From an uncultured Actinomycetes bacterium (GTDB taxonomy: Bacteria; Actinomycetota; UBA4738; HRBIN12), in the NCBI GenBank assembly GCA_964640085.1, contig CAZXFA010000006.1:51866-115865 (forward strand): 64,000 nt of DNA. The letters run 5' to 3'. Both the position numbers and the translations under genes were made by a program. Below are positions 16,754 to 26,007 of this stretch, one piece after another. Positions within the stretch are counted from its first letter, which is position 1, and each line of letters begins with the position of its first letter. The notes under the pieces are model-generated. The model had not been told where the DNA came from. It saw only the letters and a list, made by a program, of their open reading frames with translations, and searched no databases.

Positions 16754-17992
16754 ATGTTCGGGATGTTCGGATCGCAGGCACGACCGCACCGACGGGGGCC
16801 CTGGGCCGAGGCCGACGAGCGTCGTCGGCGCGCCGAGGAACGGACCGCGCGCCTCGAGGGGGAGCTCGCCGGCGCGGGAGAGCGGGCCGGGGGGATCGAG
16901 ACCGAGCTCACCGAGGCCCGGGATCGGGCCGAAGAGGCGGAACGCCGGGTCCGGACGGCGGAGGAGCGGCTCGAGCTGGTCGCCACGCAGAACGCCGAGC
17001 TCCTCGAGCTCCTCGAGCGGACCCGGGGAGGTCGCGCCGACGGGGATCGGGAGACCCGCGAGCTCCGCGAGCGGTTGGAGGCCGAAGAGGCTCGGGCCCG
17101 GGAGCTCGAGCGACAGATCCAGGAGCCGGAGGCGCGCCCCGGGCGGCTCGACGAGCGCCCCCACCTGACCGTGGTCGTGAACGACGAGCGGGCCACCCTG
17201 AGGGAGGCGGTCGCCGCCGAGGTCCGGCGCCAGCTCACCTCGATCCTCGGCCTGACGCTTGCCCTCAGGCACGCCGACACCGAGCCGTCGGACAGCCAGG
17301 ACATGATCCGTCGGCTCGCGACCCACGCTCGGAAGCTGGATCGCCTGGTCGGTCAGATGCTCGACCTGGAGCGGATCGCGGACGGCACGTTCGAGCCCCG
17401 GCGCCGCCGCACCGACCTCGAGTCGCTGGTACGCCGGGTGGTCGAGGAGTCCCAGGACCTGATCGAGCGCGAGGTGCACCTCGAGGCCGACCACGTGGGG
17501 ATCTCGGTGGACCCGCAGCTCGCCGAGCAGATCGTCGACGCACTGCTCGCGAACGCGGGCAAGCGCACCTCGCCGGGCAACACCGTCTGGGTTCGGGTGA
17601 TCCGGCAGGAGCGCGGCGCGCTGCTGACCGTGGAGGACACGGGTCTCGAGGTCCAGGCCCGGTTCCGCGGCGCGATGCTCGCGCCCCTTAGGGACGGGGC
17701 CGGGGCCGACCGGCCGAGGGACGAGATCGGCCTGTCCGTGCTGGCCAAGCTGGCCGAGGTGCAGGGGGGTGAGGCCTGGGTCGAAGAGCGCTCGGGCGGC
17801 CGTGCGTCCTTCCGCGTCTACCTGCCCGACGCCACGGCCTCGAGGCCCGAGCGCCCTCTCGCGCTCGTGCCGGGCAAGGACGCCTCGGACCAGGCGAGCC
17901 CCGCCGAGCCGTCCCCGAACGGGAACAGCCCCACCGTCGACCCGGGCGAGCTCCCCGACGTCGAGGCGTTGCGGGAACTCCTGACGAGCTAG
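16754..17992 (+). CDS. Histidine-kinase-like protein: N-terminal coiled coil, degenerate HisKA, HATPase_c domain
   Basis: N-box LLANAGKRT, G-boxes DTGLE / GLSVLAKLAEVQGG. The H-box region AAEVRRQLTSILGL has Ala where the phospho-accepting His is expected. No TM segments. Confidence 0.55.
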   Translation: MFGMFGSQARPHRRGPWAEADERRRRAEERTARLEGELAGAGERAGGIETELTEARDRAEEAERRVRTAEERLELVATQNAELLELLERTRGGRADGDRETRELRERLEAEEARARELERQIQEPEARPGRLDERPHLTVVVNDERATLREAVAAEVRRQLTSILGLTLALRHADTEPSDSQDMIRRLATHARKLDRLVGQMLDLERIADGTFEPRRRRTDLESLVRRVVEESQDLIEREVHLEADHVGISVDPQLAEQIVDALLANAGKRTSPGNTVWVRVIRQERGALLTVEDTGLEVQARFRGAMLAPLRDGAGADRPRDEIGLSVLAKLAEVQGGEAWVEERSGGRASFRVYLPDATASRPERPLALVPGKDASDQASPAEPSPNGNSPTVDPGELPDVEALRELLTS

Positions 17993-18055
17993 GGAGGCTC
18001 GAGAGCCCCCCTGGTGGGCCCGGCGCCGCTTCGGCGGCGCCGGGCCCACGCCCGC

Positions 18056-19219
18056 TCAGACCGCGACCTCCTTCAGCAGCTCGCGGGCAATCACGACCCG
18101 CTGGATCTGGTTCGTGCCTTCGTAGATCTGCGTGATCTTCGCGTCCCGCATCAGGCGTTCCACCGGGTACTCGCGCACGTAGCCGTAACCCCCGAGCACC
18201 TGCACGGCGTCGGTCGTGATCCGCATCGCGGCGTCGGAGGCGAAGCACTTGGCCACGCTCGAGAAGTAGGTCATCCGCGGGTCCCCAGCGTCGCACAGGG
18301 CCAGCGCCCTGTACACGAGCAGGCGCGAGGCCTCGATCTGCATCGCCATGTCGGCCAGCATGAACGCCACGCCCTGGAACCCCGCCACCGGCCTGCCGAA
18401 CTGCTCCCGCTCGGCCGCGTACGCCGTGGCGGCGTCGAGCGCTCCCCGGGCGATCCCCAGCGCCTGCGCGCCGATCAGCGGTCGCGAGTGGTCGAGGGTC
18501 CGCAGGGCGATCGTGAAGCCCTCGCCCTCCCGACCGATCAGGCGGTCGGCCGGGATCCGGGCGTCGGCAAGGAGGACCTCGCGCGTCGGCGAGCCGCGGA
18601 TCCCCATCTTCTCCTCCTTGCGCCCGAACGCCACGCCGGGGTCGTCGCGCATCACGAGGAACGCGCTGATCCCCTTCGACCCCTCGGACCGGTCGCGCGT
18701 AGCGAAGACGACGTAGCCGTGGCTCACCCCCGCTCCGGTGATGAACCGTTTGGTCCCGTTCAGGACGAACGCGTCGCCGTCGCGTTCGTACCGCGTCGAC
18801 AGCGCGGCCGCGTCGGAACCCGCCCCCGGCTCGGTCAGAGCGTAGGACATCAGGACCTCGCCGCGGGCCATGCCGCCGATCATCGTCCGCCGTTGCTCCT
18901 CGCTCCCGGAAAGCAGGAGCGGCACGGCGCCGAGCTTGTTCACCGCGAAGGCGAGCGCGAGGCCCGCGGCCACCCGGGACAGCTCCTCGACCAGCACCCC
19001 GAGCGCCAGCGAGCCCCCGCCCGACCCGCCGTACTCCTCCGCGAAGCCCACGCCCGGCAGCTCGGCGTCGACCAGGACGCGCCACAGGTCCTCGGGCCAC
19101 TCGTCCGACCGGTCGATCTCGTCGGCGCGGGGGGCGATCTTCTCCTCGGCGATGCGACGGACGAGATCGCGGAACTCCTCGAGGTCCCCCGGCAGCTCGA
19201 ACCGCTCCAGCTCCGCCAT
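18056..19219 (-). CDS. Acyl-CoA dehydrogenase
   Basis: 387 aa with ACAD N/M/C domains. The C-terminal YEGTNQIQR segment is present. Confidence 0.9.
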   Translation of the reverse strand: MAELERFELPGDLEEFRDLVRRIAEEKIAPRADEIDRSDEWPEDLWRVLVDAELPGVGFAEEYGGSGGGSLALGVLVEELSRVAAGLALAFAVNKLGAVPLLLSGSEEQRRTMIGGMARGEVLMSYALTEPGAGSDAAALSTRYERDGDAFVLNGTKRFITGAGVSHGYVVFATRDRSEGSKGISAFLVMRDDPGVAFGRKEEKMGIRGSPTREVLLADARIPADRLIGREGEGFTIALRTLDHSRPLIGAQALGIARGALDAATAYAAEREQFGRPVAGFQGVAFMLADMAMQIEASRLLVYRALALCDAGDPRMTYFSSVAKCFASDAAMRITTDAVQVLGGYGYVREYPVERLMRDAKITQIYEGTNQIQRVVIARELLKEVAV

Positions 19220-19222
19220 CGA

Positions 19223-20407
19223 CTAGCCGAGGGCCCGGAGGAGGAGGGCGTCGCCCTGCCCGCCACCGCCGCAGATCGTCGCCCCGCCGAGCTCCACCCC
19301 GCGACGGCGCATCTGGTGCGCGAGGCTGAGGACGATCCGCGCCCCGCTGCAACCGATGGGATGGCCGAGCGCGACGGCGCCGCCGTTCGCGTTGACGAGC
19401 TCCTCGTCGAAGCCCAGGACCCTGGTCACGTTCAACGAGACGGCCGCGAAAGCCTCGTTCACTTCGAGCAGCCCCAGATCGTGGACGTCGAGGTCGGCCT
19501 TCTTCAGCGCGTGCTGGAGGGCGAGCGCGGGCACCGTGTGGAGGTACGGGTACCGCTCGGCGCTCATCCCATGGGCCACGATCTCGGCGATCGGACGAAG
19601 GCCCAGGCGGTCGGCCGCCGCTCGGCTCGTCACCACCACCGCCGCGGCCCCGTCGGAGATCTGGGACGCGTTGCCGGCCGTGATCGTCCCGCCCTCCCGG
19701 AACGCGGGCGCGAGCCTCGCGAGGATCTCCGCCGTGGTCTCGGGCCGGATCCCCTCGTCGCGCGAGACCACGACCGGCTCGCCCTTGCGTCCATGGACCT
19801 CGACCGGCACGACCTCTTCCGCCATCGCTCCCGAGGCCCACGCGGCGTCCGCGCGCCGGTGGCTCCGAGCGGCCCACGCGTCCTGGTCCTGGCGCGAGAT
19901 GCCGAGCTCGTCGTTCACCTCGTCGGAGGACTCCCCCATCACCTGCCGGGTGAAGGTCGACCACAAACCGTCGTAGACCATCGAGTCCACCAGCTCCGCG
20001 TGCCCGAGCCGGGCGCCCCGGCGGGCCTTAGGGAGCACGTACGGGGCGTTGGTCATCGACTCCATGCCGCCCGCCACCACCACCTCGAGCTCACGCGCTC
20101 GGATCATCTGATCCGCGAGCGCGATCGCGGTCATCCCGGACAGGCACACCTTGTCGACGTTGAGCGCCGGGACCTCCTTGGGGATCCCGGCCGCGACCGC
20201 CGCCTGGCGGGCGGTGATCTGGCCCGTTCCGCCCCGCAAGACCTGGCCCATCACCACGTACTCGACCCGATCGGGAGCCACGTCCGCCCGCGAGAGAGCC
20301 TCGCGGATCGCGACCCCGCCGAGGTCGGCCGCGGCGAGGTCGGCGAGCCCGCCCCGGAACCTGCCGATCGGCGTCCGGGCACCGGCCACGATGACCGAAG
20401 ACGTCAT
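19223..20407 (-). CDS. Acetyl-CoA C-acetyltransferase (thiolase II)
   Basis: Thiolase motifs: catalytic Cys in VDKVCLSGM, and NANGGAVALGHPIGCSGARI. Confidence 0.9.
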   Translation of the reverse strand: MTSSVIVAGARTPIGRFRGGLADLAAADLGGVAIREALSRADVAPDRVEYVVMGQVLRGGTGQITARQAAVAAGIPKEVPALNVDKVCLSGMTAIALADQMIRARELEVVVAGGMESMTNAPYVLPKARRGARLGHAELVDSMVYDGLWSTFTRQVMGESSDEVNDELGISRQDQDAWAARSHRRADAAWASGAMAEEVVPVEVHGRKGEPVVVSRDEGIRPETTAEILARLAPAFREGGTITAGNASQISDGAAAVVVTSRAAADRLGLRPIAEIVAHGMSAERYPYLHTVPALALQHALKKADLDVHDLGLLEVNEAFAAVSLNVTRVLGFDEELVNANGGAVALGHPIGCSGARIVLSLAHQMRRRGVELGGATICGGGGQGDALLLRALG

Positions 20408-20440
20408 CAGCTGCCCCCTCGGTACGGACGATGCATCAGT

Positions 20441-20968
20441 CTACGCCGGGGAACCCTTGGAAGGGCTCCGACGCCGCGCCGTGGCCCAGTACTCCCATCC
20501 GTCGAGCTCGGGGACCTCCTCGCCAAGGGCACCGAGCGTCGAGCAGATCTGCGTCCGATGGTCGTTGCCGTGGTGGATCGCCTGGAGCAGGAGCAGGCCC
20601 TCGGCGTCGTGCGTGTCGGGGTAACCGTTGCGGCTCCCCAGGACCTTCGCCGCGAGCTCGCCGCGCTCGAGCCGGTCCAGGGCCTCGTCCCATCGCGTGC
20701 GGTGCTCGGCCATCTCGGCTCGCAGCGAGGCAAGCGGTACCCCGACCCGGTCCTCGGCAGGCGGAGGCGAGGGGTCCTCCAGCCGTCGCAGGTAGCGGGT
20801 GTCCGCGTCGATCAGATGGGTGACCGTGTCGACCATCGATCCGTAGGTGCCCGGGATCGCTTCGTTCAAGCGGCCCGCGGGCAGGCTCGCGAGGTGGTCG
20901 ATCAGGGCCTCCGTCGCCCACAGGTGATGCTCGAACAGAGCGCGCAGCACGCCGTTCGGGGTGGTCAT
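20441..20968 (-). CDS. DinB/YfiT-like metal-dependent hydrolase superfamily protein
   Basis: 175 aa with DinB_2-like His residues (HHLWATEALIDH...HLIDADTRYL...HHGNDH). Confidence 0.55.
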   Translation of the reverse strand: MTTPNGVLRALFEHHLWATEALIDHLASLPAGRLNEAIPGTYGSMVDTVTHLIDADTRYLRRLEDPSPPPAEDRVGVPLASLRAEMAEHRTRWDEALDRLERGELAAKVLGSRNGYPDTHDAEGLLLLQAIHHGNDHRTQICSTLGALGEEVPELDGWEYWATARRRSPSKGSPA

Positions 20969-20998
20969 GGCGTCGAACGGTACCAGGCGGGGACGTCC

Positions 20999-22813
20999 TC
21001 AGCCGCGGGAGCCGACCGCGACCTCGATGACCTGGACGATCTCCTCGCCCACCAGCTCGTCGCGCGCGATGAGGGCGTCGCGCAGGGCGACCACCACGTC
21101 GCGGTGCTCCTCCAGGAGGGCCAGGACGAGCTCTCGTTGGGCGGTGAGGATCTCCTCCACCCGCTCACGCCCGTTCCGGTCGCCGAGGACCTTGCCCACG
21201 AGGTTCTTGCTGCCGATCGGGCCCTCGGCGATCGCGTCGTAGCTGATCAACGATCCCGCCATGCCGAACGACCCGACCATCTGGGCGGCGAGCGACGTGG
21301 CGACCTGGAGGTCGGAGGCGGGGCCGGTCCCCGTCTCCCCGAAGAAGATCTGCTCGGCCGCCAGGCCACCCAGCGCGATCGCGATCCCCGCCTCGAGCTC
21401 GGTCCGCGTGCGCGTGAACCGCTCCTCCTCGTCGCCGTGCGCCAGCAGGCCCAGGGCCTGCCGTCGCTTGATGATCGAGAGCACCTCGAGCCGCCGTCCC
21501 TTGCCGGCGAAGTACGCCACGGTCGCGTGTCCCGCCTCGTGGGTGGCGACCGCGACGCGATCGGTCTCGGTGTAGACGACGGGCTGGCGGAACCCGAGCT
21601 CCTCCGTGAGCTTGGCCTCGTGCACGTCGTTCAGGTTCATCTCCCGACGCGAGTTCCGCAGCGCCACCAGGAGCGACTCGTCGAACAGGTGCTCGAGCAT
21701 CACCGGCGTATAGCCGAACGTGTCGTGCGCGAGCCGCTCGCGGACCTCGTCGTCGTCGAGTTGTTCGTGGTGGACCCGACGTTCCAGGAAGAAGTCGATC
21801 AGCTCGCGACGCTCGTTCTTCGTCGGCAGGTCGAAGTACAGCCGCCGATCGAACCGACCCGGGCGCAGGAGCGCGGGGTCCAGGTGCTCCGCTCGGTTCG
21901 TTGCCGCGATCACCAGGATGTTGTTGTAGGTGGGCTTGCCCGTGGACAGGCGACGCTCGCTCGGCAGGTACCCGTTGATCATCTCCACGATCGCAGAGCG
22001 GATCCGGGTCCTCCACGGGGGCTGGTCGAATGACTGGAGCTGGATCAGGAGCTCGTTCACCATCCCCGACCCGCCCGGACCGACGAACGCCGACGTCACG
22101 CGTCCCAGGCCGGTCCCGTCCGGGCTGGCGTTCATCCCGCCGCGATCCGAGCCGATCGCGTCGATCTCCTCGATGAACCCGATCGCCCCGCCCTCCTTGC
22201 GCGCGAGCTTCTTCAGCCTCTTGAAGAAGGAGCGGATCCGAGCGCCCGTCATCCCCATCCACATCGACTGGAAGGCCGGCGCGGACGTGAACAGGAACGG
22301 CACCCCCGCCTGCTTGGCCATCGCCTTACCGAGGTAGGTCTTGCCCGTGCCCGGCGGACCCTCGAACAGGATCCCGCGCCGGGGGTTCCCGCCGAGCTCG
22401 TCGCGGAAGGTTGCGTACCCGAGGAACACGTCGAGGGTTCGGGAGACCTCGTCGACCTGCGTGTCCAATCCACGGACCCGGTCCAGGCCGACCTCGATCT
22501 GCTCCGGCCGGACGACGATGTGGGGCGAGCGCCCGCTGAACAGCGGAAGCATCATCATCAGGATGACGGCCACGATCAGCAGCATGATCGGCAGCCAGAT
22601 CACCCATTCCGGGCCCAAGGAAGGCAGCTGGAAGGGGTTGTGCGTCAGGTACCGGTACCAGAGATAGGCGTCGAAGGCCCCGAGGAGCAGGATCGTGCGC
22701 CGGAGGCGTCGCCGCCGGGTACGCTCCCGGATCCGGAAGACGTCGGCCCGACCCTTGGTGAACACGTCCGAGCCGAACAGCACCGCGGCGGTCGAGCGGT
22801 TGGAATCCTTCAC
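20999..22813 (-). CDS. FtsH-family ATP-dependent zinc metalloprotease with minimal periplasmic domain
   Basis: AAA Walker A GPPGTGKTYL, second region of homology, and the HEAGHAT zinc motif. Confidence 0.8.
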   Translation of the reverse strand: MKDSNRSTAAVLFGSDVFTKGRADVFRIRERTRRRRLRRTILLLGAFDAYLWYRYLTHNPFQLPSLGPEWVIWLPIMLLIVAVILMMMLPLFSGRSPHIVVRPEQIEVGLDRVRGLDTQVDEVSRTLDVFLGYATFRDELGGNPRRGILFEGPPGTGKTYLGKAMAKQAGVPFLFTSAPAFQSMWMGMTGARIRSFFKRLKKLARKEGGAIGFIEEIDAIGSDRGGMNASPDGTGLGRVTSAFVGPGGSGMVNELLIQLQSFDQPPWRTRIRSAIVEMINGYLPSERRLSTGKPTYNNILVIAATNRAEHLDPALLRPGRFDRRLYFDLPTKNERRELIDFFLERRVHHEQLDDDEVRERLAHDTFGYTPVMLEHLFDESLLVALRNSRREMNLNDVHEAKLTEELGFRQPVVYTETDRVAVATHEAGHATVAYFAGKGRRLEVLSIIKRRQALGLLAHGDEEERFTRTRTELEAGIAIALGGLAAEQIFFGETGTGPASDLQVATSLAAQMVGSFGMAGSLISYDAIAEGPIGSKNLVGKVLGDRNGRERVEEILTAQRELVLALLEEHRDVVVALRDALIARDELVGEEIVQVIEVAVGSRG

Positions 22814-22954
22814 GGGGCCCCCCTCGTGGGCCGTTCGGCCGACACCATGGAATGTACGTTAACGGCCGGGCTCCCGCATCGGGCCTTCGGCCTATGCGTC
22901 TGCGGGGATCCGTGGCCGTGCCGCGCCTCGGTCCAGCGGCTATCGTGCGGGCAC

Positions 22955-23338
22955 GTGGCCAGGAAGAAGCTCCCCCCCGTCGCGCACGAGGACCGCCGGA
23001 CGGTGGGCGCCCTGCTGCGCGGCCTGCGCCGATCGGCGGGATACCGCGCCGTGCAGGATGCGGCCGCGGCGTCGGGGTTCCCCGCCGCGCGGCAGACGAT
23101 CTACGCCTACGAACGGGGTGGCCTGACCCCCTCCCTCCAGCAGTTCCTGGAGCTGGTCGAGTTCTACGCGTTCCACCCCCGGGAGGGTGCCAAGCGCGAG
23201 GAGGACCTCCGGGCGCAGGCCATCGCCGCCGTGACGCGGGCCCTGTCGCTGCCCGCCTACCACGTCGAGCGAGCGTACGAACTGATCGACCGGCTCCAGC
23301 CACCGCTCGCCGAGGGCCGTCGCGGCAAGACGCGGTGA
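22955..23338 (+). CDS. XRE-family helix-turn-helix transcriptional regulator
   Basis: HTH-like LRRSAGYRAVQDAAAASGFPAARQTIYAYERG. GTG at 22955 is preferred; the longer ORF from 22520 overlaps the ftsH-like gene. The stop overlaps the next start (TGATG). Confidence 0.55.
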   Translation: MARKKLPPVAHEDRRTVGALLRGLRRSAGYRAVQDAAAASGFPAARQTIYAYERGGLTPSLQQFLELVEFYAFHPREGAKREEDLRAQAIAAVTRALSLPAYHVERAYELIDRLQPPLAEGRRGKTR

Positions 23339-23739
23339 TGTTCACGCGGGTGGACCACATCGGTGTCGCGGTGGCCAACCTGGACGAGGCGGTCGATCGG
23401 TACCGGCGCACCCTCGGCATCGAGCCCGTGCACCGCGAGGTCGTGGCGTCGCAGGGCGTCGAGGAGGTGCTGTTCCCGCTGGGCGATTCGTACCTCCAGC
23501 TCCTGGGGGCGCTCGGTCCCGACACCTCCGTCGGCCGGTTCCTCGAACGCCGAGGCCCAGGCTTGCACCACATCGGCTATCGCGTGGAGGACGTCGCGTC
23601 CGCCCTCGCGACGCTGGCCGACCTGGGCGTGCGCCTGATCGACGAGGAGCCTCGCCCCGGCTCACGGGGCACGACGATCGCCTTCGTCCATCCCTCCGCG
23701 ATGGACGGGGTCCTCGTCGAGCTGGTTCAGCTTCCTTAG
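23338..23739 (+). CDS. mce: Methylmalonyl-CoA / ethylmalonyl-CoA epimerase (VOC family)
   Basis: MFTRVDHIGVAVANLDEA..., a 133 aa glyoxalase-fold epimerase signature. Confidence 0.8.
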   Translation: MFTRVDHIGVAVANLDEAVDRYRRTLGIEPVHREVVASQGVEEVLFPLGDSYLQLLGALGPDTSVGRFLERRGPGLHHIGYRVEDVASALATLADLGVRLIDEEPRPGSRGTTIAFVHPSAMDGVLVELVQLP

Positions 23740-24977
23740 GGGAGGTCCGTCAGGCCGCGTTCGGGGGCGTTGACCAGTACCGCGACGTTGCCCTCGGGGA
23801 GCTTCCCCTCGGCCATCAGCTGATGGACCCGCCCCGTCTCCGCGTAGTCGTAGGTGTGTCCGAGGGTCGTCCGAACCTTGCCCTCGCGCACCAGGTCGTT
23901 GAACGCCCGCGCCTGGTCGTCGTTGAACAGATGCGAGCCCTGGTAGCGCTTCTGCATGTACCAGAGGTAGCGCACGTCCACCATCGTGTCGTAGCCGCTG
24001 GTGCCGGCGCAGATCACGACCATCCCGCCCCGCTCGCAGACGAAGATCGAGGTGGGGATCGTGTCCTGCCCGGGATGGTCGAACACGATGTTCGGGTTCC
24101 GGCGCTCGCCCAGGACGTCCCAGATGGCCTTGCCGAACGCCTTCGCACCCTCGAACCACGTCTTCCACTCCGGCGAGTCCCAGGCGGGCGGCACGCCCCA
24201 ATGCGTGAAGTCCTTCCGGTCGATGTAGCCAACCGCGCCCAGCGAGGTCGCGTACTCGCCCTTCTCCTCGCTGGAGACCACCGCCACCGCCCTGGCGCCG
24301 GCGAGCGTGACGAGCTGCACCGCGAGGGACCCCAACCCGCCGGAGGCGCCCCACACCAGGACCACGTCGTCCTCCGTGACGGTGTTCGGCGGCCACCCGT
24401 GGAGCATCCGGTACGCCGTCGCGCCGGTGAGGGTGGGGGCCGCGGCCTCCTCCCACGTAAGTCGCTCGGCTTTCGGGAGGCACTGGTGCGCCTGCACCTT
24501 GCAGAACTGGGAGAACGAACCCCAGCACGAGTCGTACCCCCACACGCGGAAGCTCGCCGCCAGGCCGGGGTCGCCACCACCCCCCACCCACGGGTCGTCT
24601 GGGTCCCACTGGCCCGCGTGGACGACGACCCGGTCGCCCACCCCCACGTTCGTGACCTCGGAGCCCACCGCGTACACGATGCCGGAAGCATCCGAACCCA
24701 CGATGTGGAAGTCGGTCGGCTCCCCCCACCTGGCCTGGGTCTTCGTGACGTCGATCGGGACCCCACGCGCCGCCCAGACGTTGTTGAAGTTCACGCCGGC
24801 GGCCATGACCATCACGAGCGCCTCGTGGGGGCCGATCTCCGGGACGTCGATCACCTCGTCCACGATCGCGTCCTCCGGCTCGCCGTAGCGTTCCGGCCGG
24901 ACGAGCTGCGCGTGCATCTGCTTGGGGACCTCACCGACCGGGGGGATCTGACCGATCTCGTACACGTTGTCCGTCAC
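23736..24977 (-). CDS. ccr: Crotonyl-CoA carboxylase/reductase
   Basis: MDR-family enzyme with Ccr-specific N-terminus and GASGGLGSLAVQL NADPH site. GTG at 24977 is preceded by GGAGGTG. The ORF extension to 25835 is an artefact. Confidence 0.85.
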   Translation of the reverse strand: MTDNVYEIGQIPPVGEVPKQMHAQLVRPERYGEPEDAIVDEVIDVPEIGPHEALVMVMAAGVNFNNVWAARGVPIDVTKTQARWGEPTDFHIVGSDASGIVYAVGSEVTNVGVGDRVVVHAGQWDPDDPWVGGGGDPGLAASFRVWGYDSCWGSFSQFCKVQAHQCLPKAERLTWEEAAAPTLTGATAYRMLHGWPPNTVTEDDVVLVWGASGGLGSLAVQLVTLAGARAVAVVSSEEKGEYATSLGAVGYIDRKDFTHWGVPPAWDSPEWKTWFEGAKAFGKAIWDVLGERRNPNIVFDHPGQDTIPTSIFVCERGGMVVICAGTSGYDTMVDVRYLWYMQKRYQGSHLFNDDQARAFNDLVREGKVRTTLGHTYDYAETGRVHQLMAEGKLPEGNVAVLVNAPERGLTDLP

Positions 24978-25045
24978 CTCGCACCTCCGGGAAGTTGGGA
25001 TCCGGGCGGACGCTAGCCCGCGTCGCCGGGGACGACAACCCGGCG

Positions 25046-25966
25046 TCAGTCGTCGAGCCGAACGCGCTCGAGCCCGAGTCCGCGGGCCTGGCGCTCGGGA
25101 GCCAGAGCGCCGACGTAGACGGCGACGGCCACGAGCGCGGCGCCGACGAGGACCCCGGTCGTGATCGGCGTGCCCTCGAGCCACGCCGAGAGGAGGATCG
25201 CCACCACGGGGAACAGGACGAAGCAGTACGAGACCGCCGACGCGGTCCACCGCTGCAGGATGACCAGGACGAGGAAGAACAGCACCACGCCTCCGAAGAC
25301 GATCAGCGTGGCGATGGCCGCCCACGTCGACGCCCGGGCGGGTAGCGTCCACCGCTCGCCAGAGGCGAGCGAGGCGACGACGAGCATGGCGGTGCCCGCC
25401 GCCATGCCGATCGCGTTCGCGACGAAGGGATCGGAGCGCGGGAAGAGCTTGACCACCACCGCCCCCTCGGCGGCGCACACGGCTGCGCCGAGGAGCGCGA
25501 TGAAGGACGCGACCGGGATGGCGAGCGCGGACGCGTCCACGAGCACCATCGCGCCGATCCCGACGGCGGCGATCGCGGCCCCGGCGAGCCCACGCAACCG
25601 GACCACCTCGAGCCGATGGCTCGCGGCGAGCAGGAGCGTCAGGAGCGGGACCGGGGCGAACAGCACCGCGGCGACCCCCGCCGGGGCGCGCTGCAGCCCC
25701 CAGTAGGCCAGGGCGTAGAAGGCCCCGAAGTACAGGAGCCCGTAGATCGTGACGCCGACGAGGGCGCGGCCGCGCGGCAGGCGCGTCCGTCGGATCGCGA
25801 CGATGCCGAAGGACAGCAGGCTCGCGACACCCCACCGCAGAGCCGCTCCCCAGAAGGGCTCGAGCTCCCGGTTGCTGAACCGGACCAGGACGAAGTTCGC
25901 GCCGCCGATCAGGACCAGCAGGCCGAACGCCGCGAGGGTGGCTCGATCGGGGCGGGTGTCATCCAC
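25046..25966 (-). CDS. EamA/DMT-family transporter
   Basis: 306 aa with 10 predicted TM segments. Confidence 0.75.
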   Translation of the reverse strand: MDDTRPDRATLAAFGLLVLIGGANFVLVRFSNRELEPFWGAALRWGVASLLSFGIVAIRRTRLPRGRALVGVTIYGLLYFGAFYALAYWGLQRAPAGVAAVLFAPVPLLTLLLAASHRLEVVRLRGLAGAAIAAVGIGAMVLVDASALAIPVASFIALLGAAVCAAEGAVVVKLFPRSDPFVANAIGMAAGTAMLVVASLASGERWTLPARASTWAAIATLIVFGGVVLFFLVLVILQRWTASAVSYCFVLFPVVAILLSAWLEGTPITTGVLVGAALVAVAVYVGALAPERQARGLGLERVRLDD

Positions 25967-26007
25967 GAGGGGCCGACCCTAGCACCTCGTGACCGAGGGA
26001 GAGGTTC

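Noticed and set aside
18014-22033. 1339-aa plus-strand ORF antisense to the ACAD, thiolase, DinB and FtsH genes
   Set aside because: Low-complexity composition (R/P/G/D/H-rich). Every segment overlaps a well-supported minus-strand gene, so this is a GC-driven stop-codon-free antisense frame.
22520-22954. Longer version of the XRE regulator ORF starting at 22520
   Set aside because: It overlaps the 5' end of the divergent ftsH-like gene, and its N-terminal 145 residues are His/Asp/Gln-rich low complexity.
24978-25835. Upstream extension of the ccr ORF (699 aa)
   Set aside because: The extension is Arg-rich low complexity and overlaps the EamA transporter gene. The GGAGGTG RBS plus GTG at 24977 matches the conserved Ccr N-terminus.
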